Assembly: GCA_013416795.1 (NCBI GenBank)
Contig: RQSC01000757.1
Location: 75,274-138,773, forward strand
Source of the DNA: Prasinococcaceae sp. CCMP 1430
Lineage: Eukaryota; Plantae; Prasinodermophyta
DNA length: 63,500 nt
Reading direction: 5' to 3'
Within the stretch, counting starts at the first letter, position 1. Every line of letters begins with the position of its first letter. Shown in pieces: positions 12,525 to 24,529 of this stretch. A model generated the notes under the pieces. It was not told the origin of the DNA. It made no database searches and saw only the letters and a list, made by a program, of their open reading frames with translations. The translations under genes were made by a program, and so were the position numbers.

Positions 12525-12547
12525 TTAGGGTTTAGAGTTTAGGGTTT
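12525..12547. promoter_or_regulatory. Telomere-like (telo-box, TAGGGTTT/AAACCCTA) motif cluster upstream of the aldehyde oxidase gene
   Basis: TTAGGGTTTAGAGTTTAGGGTTT. Similar motifs lie at 5637, 47830, 47899, 52926, 55587-55607 and 59723-59789. Confidence 0.6.
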
Positions 12548-12782
12548 ACTCACTGTTGGATGAGATGACAGAAACTCTCTAAACCCCAAACACAAACGAG
12601 CATCTGTGCGTTGCGAATTGCGAGTGCTTTTTGATGGGGCGCTGCGATGCCAACGTGGCGGGAGGAGGGCGTGTGGGGAGCGGTCCCACACGTGCCCAGG
12701 GGCGCGGCGCCTCCTCCCCTCCCCGTCGCCCCTCGCCTCCCTCGTAGGGGAGGGCCGCGGGGTCACTCGAGGAGGAGCCGCC

Positions 12783-15700
12783 ATGCAGTGGCTGCGCGAG
12801 TGGCGGCGAGCGCGCGGCGGCGCGGGCGGCCGCGGCGAGCGCCGGGGGGGCGTTGGCTGCGGCGCCGTTGCGATGAGCGCCGCGGCGCTCGACGACCTGC
12901 TCGCGCGCGCGGGCGCGATGGATGCAGCGGCACTGCCTGTCGCCGCCGCCGCGCCAACGCCGCGCCGGAAGCACGCAGACGCAGACGCAGGGCCGCTACG
13001 CTTTGTGCTCAACGGCAAAGTCGTGACGGTCGATAAGCCGTCGCCTGGGATGACGCTCGCGCGTTATCTGCGCGACGAGCTCGGCCTCACCGGCACCAAG
13101 CTCTCCTGCCACGAGGTCCGCGTGGCGAGCGGCGCGCGCGTGAATGAGCGCCGAGAGCGAATGCGGCGCGCGTGCTGACCAGCGGCACTGCCTGCCACCA
13201 TTCCCGCCTGGGCTCGCGCGCGTGCGCGCACACGCAGGGTGGCTGCGGCGCGTGCACCGTGCTGCTGCGTCGCGCACCGAGCGCCGGATGGGTCGCCATC
13301 AACGCGTGTCTGCGCCCTCTGTGCTCCGTGTCGGGCCAGGAGGTGGTCACCGCCGAGGGCCTCGGCGGCGGCAGTCGCGCGCTGCACCCCGCGCAGGCTG
13401 CGCTCGCCGACGGCTGCGGCTCCCAGTGTGGCTTCTGCTCGCCCGGGATGGTGGCAAGCTTGGTCGCGCTCGCCGACGCGCGCGCGCGCAAAAGCCGCGG
13501 CGGCGCGAGCGCGAACGATGTGCCCGCCAATGCGGCCGCCGAGGTGGAGATGGCCATCAGCGGCAATATCTGCCGGTGCACTGGCTATCGCCCCATCGTC
13601 GACGCCTTCGTTGGACAGCTCGAAGGGGGCGGCTCTGGGACGGCTGCATGCGCTGTGTCGCCGCTCGGGGACATCGAGGACGCTTGCGCCGCCGCTGCCA
13701 ACTGCGCACGCGCGCGCGCGCGCGCGGCTGGCGGCGCGACGGGCACCGCCGCCGAGAAGTCGTCGGTGGCTGTGACCGCAGGAACGGCCAGGGGCAGTGC
13801 GCCTTTTTCCTGCGCGGGATGGACGGCCGCAAGTTCGCTTGCCGATGCGCTCGCCGCATTGCGCTCCACGCCGAACGCCGAGGTCGTTGCGGGCAACACC
13901 GCGCGGCGTGGGGTGGAGAAGTACTACATACCTGGCGGAGCGCCCCCTCCGGAGCCGCCACTGCTCGTGGATGTGCAGGCGGTGGCGGAGATGCGCGGCG
14001 TGGGCATGACAGCGGGAGCGAGCGCTGGCCCGGGCTCGGGGGCTCGGTCCGGTGCCCGCACGCTGCGCGTCGGAGCGGCGGCCACGCTCGAGGAGGTGCG
14101 CGAGGCGCTTGTGGCCAACGCGGTGGAGTCTCCCTCTCTTTTCGGAGAGGCGGCGGCGATGCTGCTGCGCGTCGCCACGCCGCAGGTGAGGTCGGTAGGC
14201 ACGGTGGGGGGATCCGTCGCCTTCGCGCGCGCTCACGCGGCCTTCCCCTCGGACGTTGCCCTGCTGCTCATTGCTGCGCGCGCGACGGTTCGCGCTGCCG
14301 ACGTGGCGAGTGGCGCCGTCTTCACTCTCAGCGTCGAGGAGTACCTCGCCGGGGACGATGCCGGCAAGAGGCTGTTGCTGGTGAGCTTCGACCTCCCCGT
14401 CGAGAGCGAGGGCACCTCCGTCGTGCTGCAAAAAGTGGCAAAGAGGTCGCACAATGCCCACTCTCTTGCGAGCCTCGCGTTGCGCCTGGAGCCAGGCACC
14501 GCGCCGCTGGTGGCAGTGGGAGGCGTGAGCAACGTGGAGGTAGCGGGCGCGGCGATCGTGCGCTGCGCGCGCGCAGAGGCGGCGCTTTCGGGGTCGTCGC
14601 TCGGCAATGAGTCGACGCTCCTTGCCTTCCTGGCCGCGCTGCAGAGCGACCTCTCAGCGGCGGGAGGGTCACAGGCGCGTTTGGCGCTCGCTTCGGGCGT
14701 GGCTTACCGAGCCTACCTCAGGACGCTGCCTGAAGCTTCACTGCCGCCGCGACTTGCCACAGCAGCTCGCCCGCCCGAACGCGAGCCGGGGCGCGGTGCC
14801 GTCGAGTGGACGGGCGCCACCGACCCGGCGGCAGCGCCCGTCGGTCTGCCCATGCCGAAGCTGACCGCGCGACTCCAGACAAGCGGCAGGGCGATCTACG
14901 GCTGCGACGAGCCGATGGCAGCTGGCGGCCTGTTCGGTGCGCTTGTGTTGAGCCCCGTCGCGAGCGCCGACCTGACCGGCGTGGACGCGTCCGTCGCGCT
15001 CGCCGCGGAGGGCGTTGTGGCATTTTTCGACGCCGATGCAATCGGGAAAATGGGGTATGCCAACACAGTGGGCGGCAGCGAGCCGCTGTTCGCTGCGAAG
15101 AATCTGTGCTACGCCGGCCAGCCAGTCGGCATCATTGTCGCGACGAGCTACGAAGCTGCTCGTGCGGCCGCAGCCGCCACGGTGGTGACATACACGAACG
15201 ACAGGCCACCCGTGCTCACCTTCGACGACGCGGCGGCCGCGAAGTCGTATTTCGACCTGCCCGAGGCCGAGCGCAGCGCGAGCGTCGGCGATACTGCCGC
15301 TGCCCTCGCGGCGGCCGACGTTGTCGTGGAAGGCGTCGCCGAAATTGGCGGGCAGGCACATTTTTACATGGAGCAACAGAACGCGACCGCGTCGCCTACC
15401 GAAGGCGGCGGCATCGAGCTGGTGTGTTCTACGCAGAGCGCCAACCAAACCTCCAGCGTGGTGGCCACCGCGCTCCAGAAGTCACCCGCGCAGGTCCGCA
15501 CGTCGGTGCGCCGCGTCGGGGGAGCCTACGGCGGCAAGATCACTCGCAATAACGCCGTCGCCTGCGCAGCTGCGGTGGCGGCCGACACTCTCGGGCGAGC
15601 CGTCCGTGTGGAGATGGAGCTGCGTGACAACATGGCCGCGCTGGGGAGCCGACGCCCGCACCGCATGGAATACAAGCTCGGACTTACAAAGGGCGGTGTG

Positions 15701-17068
15701 CTGCAGGCCGTGGAGATGAAGGTCACGATGCTGCAGGGCGCCTTCTCCGACTCGACCGACGGCACGCCACTTGACGTCCTGCTCAGCTACGACGCCGCCT
15801 ACCGCTGCCCAAACTGGAAATTCGACGGGCAGGTGGCGCGCACCAACTGCCCCGCCAACACGTACGCGCGTGCCCCCGGCTACCTGCCTGGCATGCTCCT
15901 CCTGGAGAATGCGCTCGACCACGCGGCGCGCGAGCTCGGGCTGGCGCCCGAGGCGCTGCGTGCGGCCAACTGGTACAAAGCGGGGGACGTCTCGCCGCGC
16001 GGACAAACAATGCCCACGTGCACCATCGATAGGTGCTGGGCGCTCCTGCTCGACAAGATCGGCGGGCTCCAGGCGCGACGCGCGGCGGTGCGCGACTTCA
16101 ACGCGAGCTCGAAGTGGGTGAAGCGAGGCTTGGCGGCAGTGCCCATGCGGTACACCATTGCCTGGCAGGGAGCCGTCCGCGTAGCCTTGGTCAGAATCGA
16201 GAGCGACGGCAAGATCGTGGTCGAGCATTCGGGCATCGAGTGCGGCCAGGGCATAAATACGGTCGCCGCGCAGGTGGCGGCGCTCGAGCTTGGCGTCCAC
16301 GTCGACGACGTCTTGGTCGCTCCGACCACGACCGACGGTGCGGCCGTGCCTGGGGCTGCTGGGACAGGGGGATCAATCACGACCGAACAGTGCGGGGAGG
16401 TGGTCAAGATGGCCTCCAGCACGCTCGCGAAGCGCCTCGCGCCCTACGTCGCAGCGCAGCCCAATTTCGCCAGGGCGGTCGAGGCGGCCTTCGCTGACGG
16501 CGTGGACATGCAGGCGCGCGCGCGCTTCCGGCCGGGAAAGTCTGCGCTCGGCCCAAACCAGTACGCTAGCTACGGTGCGGCGTATCTGGAGGTAGAGCTG
16601 GACGTCCTGAGTGGCGTCGCGCGGCCGCTTGACGCTGAATGCGTGATCGATTGCGGGAACGCCCTGAATCCGGACATGGCGTGCGGGCAGGTCCAGGGCG
16701 GCTTTGTCATGGCGCTAGGCTACATTTTCGGCGGCGAGGACATCAGCTTCGACGCGGCCAGCGGCGCGAACGCCTCGGCTGGGACCTGGGAGTACAAGCC
16801 CCCTCTAGCGTTGGACATGCCCGAGCGCTTCAACGTGACGCTCCTGCCGCACGCGCCGTGTGCGACGGGTTTCCTCCGCTCCAAGGCGGTGGGCGAGCCG
16901 CCGCTGCTCCTCGGAGGATGCGCCATGCTCGCGCTCAAGGATGCCGTCGCGGCCGCGCGCGCCGAGGTGGGCGCCGACACGAAGGGCTTTGCGCTGCGCG
17001 CCCCCGCGCCGCCCGAGGTCCTGCAGGCTGCGTGCGCCGCCGACTACGGCGACTACACGCTCTCGTAG
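12783..17068 (+). CDS. Aldehyde oxidase / xanthine dehydrogenase family molybdo-flavoenzyme, join(~12783..13115,13238..17068)
   Basis: Removing the 122-nt GT-AG intron restores TKLSCHEGGCGACT. Also CGSQCGFCSPG, GNICRCTGYRPI, a FAD domain, GGQAHFYMEQQ, GGAYGGK and SKAVGEPPLLL. The exact start codon is uncertain. Confidence 0.92.
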
Positions 17069-17496
17069 CGTGTGGCTTATGTGCAGTATATGGACTGTGT
17101 ACAGTACAGTACTATGAATGAAATGGAGCTTCTCTTATCAAGTGGGTGTCGTGCAGCAAAGTTTTCGTTCGCGCCGACTGTCGGCCACGCAGCCGCGCCC
17201 TCCGCGCGCCGCGCGTATTATAAAACGAGAGTGTCGCCCGCCCACCTCGATGGACTGAGGGCTACGCCCGGGTGTTCCGAGGTCGTTGAGCACAACTTGA
17301 ACGCGCGCATGGCTGTCCGCTCCGCCCTTGCAAGTAGCCGTGAAGTTGCACGCACGTGATCGTCGCGACAGGTATGCTGTACCTATCCGTGCACACTGGG
17401 TCCAATCGGTACCAGGCAGACCCATCGCAACGGCGCAGGTGCGCGTTCCAGTTCGTCATGCACGCATGCGACTGCGATACTCTCCGTCGCTGCGCG

Positions 17497-19584
17497 TCAG
17501 CGACGCTCTGGGCCGGGGATGGGGCCCGGGGCCCCTTGCGCATCTTGTCCAGTGCCGTTCGCAGCAGCCCCGTCCCCATCGACCGCCTGCTCTCCATCGG
17601 CCCCGCCGTCGCCAGTGACATTAGCCTGTGGCGCAGACGGCAGCTCAGGCTGCGTGCCATTGATGGTGCCTCCACCCGCTGGAGGGCCTTGGCCGCCATC
17701 GTCACCCGCATGGTCCGATTCGTCCCCGCCCTGGCCGTCGCCCTCGCCTCCGCCATCTCCGTCGGGAAGGCTGGCGCCTGGGCTGCCGCCGATACCGCCG
17801 CCGCTGTTGTCATCGCCATCGCCGTCGCCGTCGCCGCCTCCGCCGACGACGCTGCTGTTGGTGGCACCGGAATCGTCGCCCCCGCCGCCAGCGTCTGGCG
17901 GCGGGTCGAATCCCTCGCCGCACCACACGCCGAGCCTGCAGCAGTACGACCCAGCATCCGCACAGCAGTCCTTGAGCACGAGGCATTTCGAGTCGCAGTA
18001 GCAGATGCGCTGCCCGCCTTTATACTGCAAGTTCGGATCGCACGCACTCGGCCCCTGCGCGGCGCACGTGTTGGCCTGGATCGGGTCTGCGGCGGGTGCG
18101 AGCGTCGGCGCCTGCGAGCCGGAGATCTGCTCAGCCGGGGACAGCCAGGGCACGTTGACGGTTTCGGGATCTTCCACGCACTGATTGGCAGCCTGACCGC
18201 CGACGTCGGCGCCGCCGATGACGATGCCTGCGGCCCCGCTTGAGCCGGAATCCGATGCGTTGGTCACCGAGGCACCGGTGGCACCTTCGGTGATGCCCTG
18301 CTGGTCTCGCGTCCAAGGCACCCGGAGCTTCACATCACTCTTTCCGTCGATGCCGCTGGTGCCCGCGCTGCCAGGCGCCGCGGCGGTGCTCGGAGTGGGA
18401 ACGAATTGATCGATGGCCCCTCCGAACCCGCCTTGACCTTCGCCGCCGTCCAGCTGGGCCCCAGCACCGCCGCAGGCGTCGCCGCTGCGCGCGGCGGGGC
18501 CTGCGCAGGCCACTCCCGTGCCGATTTGCGCGGCCGTCGTGGGCAACAGCGCCCCGGACGTGTCGGTCTTGCTCTTCAGAATCATGTCCAAGATCCAGTC
18601 GGAGAAGCGCTCCATGCGCGTGTACACCCCGGGCCAGCCGGGTTGCGCGCACCCCCAGCCCCACGACGTCATCCCGGCCACCAGCGGCGTCCGTCCGTCC
18701 GAGGCGAGCACGGTGAGAGGGCCGCCCGAGTCCGCCTGGCAGGTGTCGATGCCGCCGGCCGCGCAGCCCGCGCACATCATGTGGTCGGACTCGTACCCCT
18801 CGGCGTACTCCGGCGCGCACGGCGGCGAGCCGTCGCCCGCGGACAGCACGCGCACGGAGGCCGCCTGCAGCGTGTCGCTCATGGGGCAGCCGAAGCACTC
18901 CCGCCCCCACCCGGATATGTAGGCGTCGGCGCCCTCGCGCAGCGCCTTGGCCTCCTTGCCGCCCAGCAGGCGCGCGGGGCGAACCTTGCCGCGCGCAGCG
19001 TCGAAGTCGATGCCGGGCGACAGGAGGCGCAGGATGGCCACGTCGGCCCGCGGCACCGCCGCGTGCGAGTAGTTCGGATGGATCGAGTAGTGCTCCACGA
19101 TCGCCGCGACCGTCGGGTTGAGGACCTTCTGCCCGCGCGTGTCGCCGCTCGCGCCGCTGGACTCGGACGCGGGGGCGCCTTCCTCTGCCCCGGGCTGCGG
19201 CGGAGGGCCGCCGCCGCCCTCAGGCTGCTGCGGCCCGGTGGCGTTGACGCGCGAGCCGGTGGAGTCGCCCTGCTGGCCTGCGCTGGTGCCTGGCAGCAGC
19301 ACGCGCGACAGGGCGTTGGCCTCGCTGAGCTTGGTGCGCCCGAAGCGCAGCTCGTACTCGCGCGGCAGGCGGCGCTCGTCGAGGCAATGCGCAGCGGTCA
19401 TCGCGAAGCGGCTGGAGAGCAGCACCGCCCCGCACCACTGCCGCCCGCCCGAGAGCAGCGCGGCGCCGTGCGGGAAGTCCTCGATCTCCGCCGCGCGCCC
19501 CATCACCACGCGCGCCTGGGCGCTCGCGGGGCGCACCTCGCGCGCGAGGAGGGCCAGGAGGAGCGTTGCGAATAGGAAAGCCAT
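17497..19584 (-). CDS. Secreted trypsin-like (S1) serine protease with a somatomedin-B-like Cys module and a Gly/Asp-rich tail
   Basis: Signal peptide MAFLFATLLLALLAREVRPASA. Triad motifs TAAHC, DVAIL and DTCQADSGGPL, plus SWGWGCAQPGWPGVYT. Cys module CxxxxxxxC...CYCDSKCLVLKDCC at about 17938-18075. Confidence 0.88.
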   Translation of the reverse strand: MAFLFATLLLALLAREVRPASAQARVVMGRAAEIEDFPHGAALLSGGRQWCGAVLLSSRFAMTAAHCLDERRLPREYELRFGRTKLSEANALSRVLLPGTSAGQQGDSTGSRVNATGPQQPEGGGGPPPQPGAEEGAPASESSGASGDTRGQKVLNPTVAAIVEHYSIHPNYSHAAVPRADVAILRLLSPGIDFDAARGKVRPARLLGGKEAKALREGADAYISGWGRECFGCPMSDTLQAASVRVLSAGDGSPPCAPEYAEGYESDHMMCAGCAAGGIDTCQADSGGPLTVLASDGRTPLVAGMTSWGWGCAQPGWPGVYTRMERFSDWILDMILKSKTDTSGALLPTTAAQIGTGVACAGPAARSGDACGGAGAQLDGGEGQGGFGGAIDQFVPTPSTAAAPGSAGTSGIDGKSDVKLRVPWTRDQQGITEGATGASVTNASDSGSSGAAGIVIGGADVGGQAANQCVEDPETVNVPWLSPAEQISGSQAPTLAPAADPIQANTCAAQGPSACDPNLQYKGGQRICYCDSKCLVLKDCCADAGSYCCRLGVWCGEGFDPPPDAGGGGDDSGATNSSVVGGGGDGDGDGDDNSGGGIGGSPGASLPDGDGGGEGDGQGGDESDHAGDDGGQGPPAGGGTINGTQPELPSAPQANVTGDGGADGEQAVDGDGAAANGTGQDAQGAPGPIPGPERR

Positions 19585-20292
19585 GCCCGGCGCCGACGCC
19601 CGGCGGCTCCTCGAGCGACTCGGAGGCGGCGGCGAGCACACCGTCGGGTCGCCTGCAAGCCCGGCATTGATGACACCAATCATGTCATCACGGCGATCCT
19701 GAAGGAGACGTCGCCCGCCCCGCCGCCCCTCGCCGGCCCGGGCGTCCCATCCGTGTCGGCCCGCGTGGGACCCTCCCGCCGCCGCGCGCCAGTCTGAACC
19801 CTCAAAGAAGCAGACTCTCTTTTCTCTTTATGAAGTACTTTGGACACCAACCTTTGGATGCTCTTGTCACCGCACTGAGCACANAGGGCCGTACGCCGGC
19901 ATTCCCTTCCCCGGCGATGCTTTGGGCTTCGCGCGCCCCCTCACGCCCCCCCCTGCCGCTCGCGCCGCCGCGGTCGCTCAGCGGTCGCCGATCAATTCCG
20001 CATTTCTGCGGAACGCGTCGCCGAAATCCGCGGCGGCCGCCGCGAAGCGCCGCGACCCAGCCATTCCAACGCCGTCGTTTCGGAGCAATGCGACCATTCG
20101 AAAGTGTAAAAAACGCGCCGAAATACTGCCGAGCGGATGCGAACGCAAACCGCGCGGCCAGAAAAACGGTCGCGCGTGCTACGGGACGCCATTATGCGCG
20201 CGCCTGAGCGCGGGGGTGGGAGCCGAGGCGGCGCCGGCGACTGAGCGCGCGCGCTCGCGGTTGACAACGTGACAGCTGGACCATTGTTCGCC

Positions 20293-20294
<2 letters not shown>

Positions 20295-20385
<91 letters not shown>

Positions 20386-20406
20386 NNNNNNNNNNNNNNN
20401 NNNNNN

Positions 20407-20497
<91 letters not shown>

Positions 20498-20665
20498 GTG
20501 TGTGTGTGTTGTGTGTGTGTGTGTGTGTGTTTTTGTGTGTGTGCAGAGCGACGCGCGCGCGCGCGCGCACACACACACACACACACGCTCTGCCCCCCCC
20601 CCCCACCCACCCACACACGCTCGCACACACACACACACACACGCACGCGGGCGCACACACACACG

Positions 20666-20705
<40 letters not shown>

Positions 20706-20732
20706 CACACGCTCGCACACACACACACACAC
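20295..20732. repeat. Compound dinucleotide microsatellite: (TG)n, a short (GC)n core, then degenerate (CA)n
   Basis: TG run from 20295 to about 20543, containing a 21-N gap. GCGCGC core at about 20552-20567. CA-rich run from about 20568 to 20732. Confidence 0.97.
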
Positions 20733-21423
20733 AAATCGTGCGGCCCACGAGCGCGTGCGCGTTGGCGGCGCGCGTCGATGCTCTCCAAGCCGGCTGCCGC
20801 TGGGCGCCACAGCCACAGCCTGTGCCTCGACACTCATTGTTGCATTTTAATGCCTGATGCCGACGCGTCGGTATATTGGTATCAGAAGACGGCTATCAAA
20901 ACGAATGCGCACGTCCGACACCGACGAGAAAGCGATGAGAAACGGCGGCGCCAAAAAAAAAAAAAAACGGAAGCCCGCAAAAAAAAAACGGGCGGAAGAG
21001 CCGTTGCAGTTGACGCCGCGCCTTTCTTTCGAAAGTACCATCGAAATATCAGATTAATGGAATTTGAGAGAGTTATGTGATGATAATGTGAAAATGAAGC
21101 GTAATTGAACTGGGGCCGCGTGGCTCCAAAGGCGAGGGGCTGCCGTGGGGCTCGCCGGAGCGGAGCGGGCGCGCGCGCCGCCACAGCGCGCGCGCCCACG
21201 CACGCCGGCGCCCGAGCGCGCCCACCCGCGCGTCGCGCTCGGATGCCGCGCTGTGGCACGCCCCGCTCTACCCCCGCGCCCCCCCTCCCCGCTCCCCCCT
21301 CCTCTGTCCACGCTGTGCGCTGCCGGAGCGCGCTGTCGCTGGTATGTTGGTGGCGTGCGCGCGTGCGGGCCGCTCCCTCCTCGCGCTCCCAGTTTTTCAC
21401 ACGGCAACGGCGCGAATCGCGAT

Positions 21424-21482
21424 ACCATCGCGATGGTCAGATGCCATCGATGCTCGATGGCAGATGACCATCGCTCGATGGT
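21424..21482. other. Nested inverted repeat / hairpin built from CCATCG-CGATGG units
   Basis: Paired arms CGATGGTCA(21431-39)/TGACCATCG(21465-73), TGCCATCGA(21442-50)/TCGATGGCA(21454-62) and ACCATCG(21424-30)/CGATGGT(21476-82). Confidence 0.85.
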
Positions 21483-22400
21483 CTGCTCAGACCCGAGGCT
21501 CGAATGCTCCCCGCGGCCGCTCCGCTCCGCTTTTCGTTTTCGTTTGCTTTTGCGTGTTCGGCGCGATGCGGGCCGCCGGGGGTCCATCGGAGCGCACGCG
21601 TTCCGGCGGAGGGGCGGCCGCGCGCTCGCCGTTTCGCGTTCCGCGAGATTCGTGGCGGTGGTGGTTGTGGGGGGAAAGCGAGGGCGCCCGCGTGGCGCTC
21701 GGCGCAGGGAGGGGGAGCGGCGCCCAACCGCCGCGGCGGCGCGAGACGCCAGCGGGGGAGGGGACGAGAAAGGAGAGGGGGAGGAAACAGGCACTGCGCG
21801 CGCACGCCGCGCGCCAGGGGCCAACGACCCTCCCCCCCCCTCCCCCCTGCGCGCGCGCGTGTGTATGGGGCAAAGGGTGGGCGCTCCCCTCCGCGCGCCG
21901 ACGCCGCTCGCGTCAGCGCATGCTGCGCTTTGCGCCCGAACAGTTTGAATTCGCTTTCGCGCGCGCGAGAGGGCTCGCCCCGGGTGCCGGGCCGTCGGGG
22001 CGACATGGCGCGGCCGGCTGCGCAGGAGGCGCCTCGCACGATGCGGTGTGCTGCCCCCCCAACTTCCCCACCCCACCCCCACCCCCCACACACCCACACA
22101 ATTGCCCGCAGGGCGCCCATCGGGGCCGCCCGGGGGAAGCGGGCGCACCGCGAGGGCCGCGCGCGCGCTCGCGCTCGCGCGCGCGGACGTTCGCTCGGCG
22201 CCCCATGCTTCCTGCCCCGCGGGGCGGGAAGTCGCGGCGGGAGGAGCAGCGGCGCTCGATCGCACGCGCCCGCGCTGCTCGACGTCCTGCGGGGACGCGC
22301 TGACTCGCCTGCGCACACGAATGATGTCCGCGTGACCGCCTCTCGCGCACCCCGTGGCCCCGGCGGCGCGCCGCGCCGCGCCCGCAGCCGCGCGCTCGCG

Positions 22401-22831
22401 ATGTCTGCGCCCGGGGCCGCCGGCACCCTTCCCAACCTCCCGGGCTATCGCCCGAGCAAGGCGACCCAGCCGTCGAATCCCAAAAAGAGCGTGTTCCGCT
22501 GGGTGCAGGGCGCGCCGCTCTGCCTCGACGACGGCGATGTCGGCCCGAAGAACTTCACCGCCGGCGAGCCGCTCGACGCGCCCGCCAACGAGCTGAGCGC
22601 CGACGGCCTGGCGCCGCGCTACGGCGCGGGCCTCGGCGGCTCCGTGCCGGCGACCCCCACCGTGCCGCACTTCGTGACGGCCGACCGGCAGGTGCTCAGG
22701 TTCTACGGCTACTTCAAGGAGGGCGTCGTGGAGAGGGTGCGCCGGGGCGCACGGTCACCCCCGCGCAGAGGCGCCCGCGCCTGCCCCCACCCCCACCCAC
22801 CCACCCCACACCACACACACCACACACACCA

Positions 22832-22897
<66 letters not shown>

Positions 22898-24529
22898 CGC
22901 GGCGCCCGCTGACCCGTGCTCCCGCCACGCGTGCGCGCCCGATGCCGTGTGCTCGCCCGCGGCCGCCAGATCGAGGAGAACTTCCGCGTGCGCAAGTGCG
23001 TCATCTACTACTACCTGACCGACGGCTCCATCCAAGTGGATGAGCCCAAGGACACCAACAGCGGCATCCCGCAAGGCGCCTTCCTCAAGCGACACCTCGT
23101 GCCCCTGTCGGCCACCGGCGGGGACGTCACCGCCATCGGGCCCCCCAGCAGCCGCGGTGGCTTCGTCGGGATCGGGCAGCTGCGGGTGGGCGCGTCGCTC
23201 GAGCTGTACGGGCGCACCTTCCACCTCGTGTCGTGCGATGCGTTCACGCGCAACTTCCTCGAGGCACGCGGCGTGGAGGTGCCGCAGGACATCGCCTACC
23301 CCGAGGCGCCGATGGCGTCGTACCTGGCGCGCCGCGAGCGCACGGTCAAGGCCGCACCGAAGGGCGACTACCACTCGCGCTTCTTTACGATGGACCGCAA
23401 GGTTCTGCGCTTCTACGTCGTGTGGGACGACCGCGAGAGGCTCTACGGCGACAAGCACAAGTACGTGCTGAACTACTACCTTTCGGATGACACCGCGGAG
23501 GTGCTCGAGGTGCACGACCCGCGCTCGGGCCGCGACCCGTTCCCAAAGCTGCTGCAGCGCATGCGCGTGCCGCGGAAGCCGACGGCCTCGAGCGCTGGCG
23601 TGCAGGTCGATGAGTCCGGCCGCAACCTGTTCGCGCCCGCTGGACCCGCATTCATCTCCGAAAAGGATCTCTTCATCGGCGCGTCGCTCCAGGTGTACGC
23701 GCGCACGCTCTACCTGTACGACTGCGATGCCTTCACGCGCGAGTACCTCAAGTCGGTGCATGGCTACACCGACGCGGACGTCGCGCCGCAGAACGTGGTC
23801 ACCCGCAAGGCTGCGCTTCCGCGCAACGAGCTGCCGCCGTGGAAGGGCGGCCTTTACGGCGGCGAGGAGGACAGCCGCCAGAACTGCCTGAGCATTCAGC
23901 CAAAGCCGAAGCGCGGCGACTTCCACAAGCAGATGGAGAATGCGGGGACGACGCTGCGATTCACTTCCATTCTCGCGAGCGGCGCGGGTGGGAAAGAGCC
24001 GAGCGTGGTCGACAAGGGGCGCGTGTTCATCATCACATACTATTTGGAGAACGACACCATGGCCATCTTCGAGCCGCCGGTCAAGAACAGCGGTCTCTGG
24101 GGCGGCAAGTACCTCGAGCGGCAACCCGTGTTCCATCCTGGCAGCACGACGCAGCGTTACGCGCCGACCGACCTGTGCGTCGGCGCCAAAATCGTCGTCT
24201 TTGGTCGCACGTTCGAGCTCGGCGAGGCCGATGAGTTCACGCTGCGCTATATGGAGGAGCGCCCCAAGCTCTTCCCGGGGTCGGACCTTGAGGCGGTCGT
24301 GGACAAGGCGAAGGAGGCCTTCAGCGCCGATGAGGCTAGCGTCCGCAGCGCGCTCCTCAACTCGGCGGACGAGCTCGGCCGCCTTGGCACGGCGGAGCTC
24401 GGTAGCGCGATGGCAGGCGTGGGGGTGGCTATGAGCACGCAGGAGGCGCTCACGCTCTCCAGGAAGCTCGACGTCGATGCCGAAGGCACGGTGGCCGTCG
24501 CGGACGTCATCAACCTCATCAGCCTGTAG
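22401..24529 (+). CDS. EFHC1: EFHC1/Rib72-like DM10-domain axonemal microtubule inner protein, join(22401..22736,22970..24529)
   Basis: Three DM10 starts (VLRFYGYFKE, KVLRFYVVWDD, TLRFTSIL) and a degenerate C-terminal EF-hand region. The in-frame 233-nt intron has a GTGCGC donor, a (CA)n tract and a GCTGAC branch site. Confidence 0.9.

Noticed and set aside
19992-21080. HTHT/CVCV repeat ORFs
   Set aside because: They are translations of the TG/CA microsatellite with no coding evidence.
21077-21115. Possible C/D snoRNA (GTGATGA C box) in an AT-rich patch
   Set aside because: No downstream CTGA D box or terminal stem is visible.
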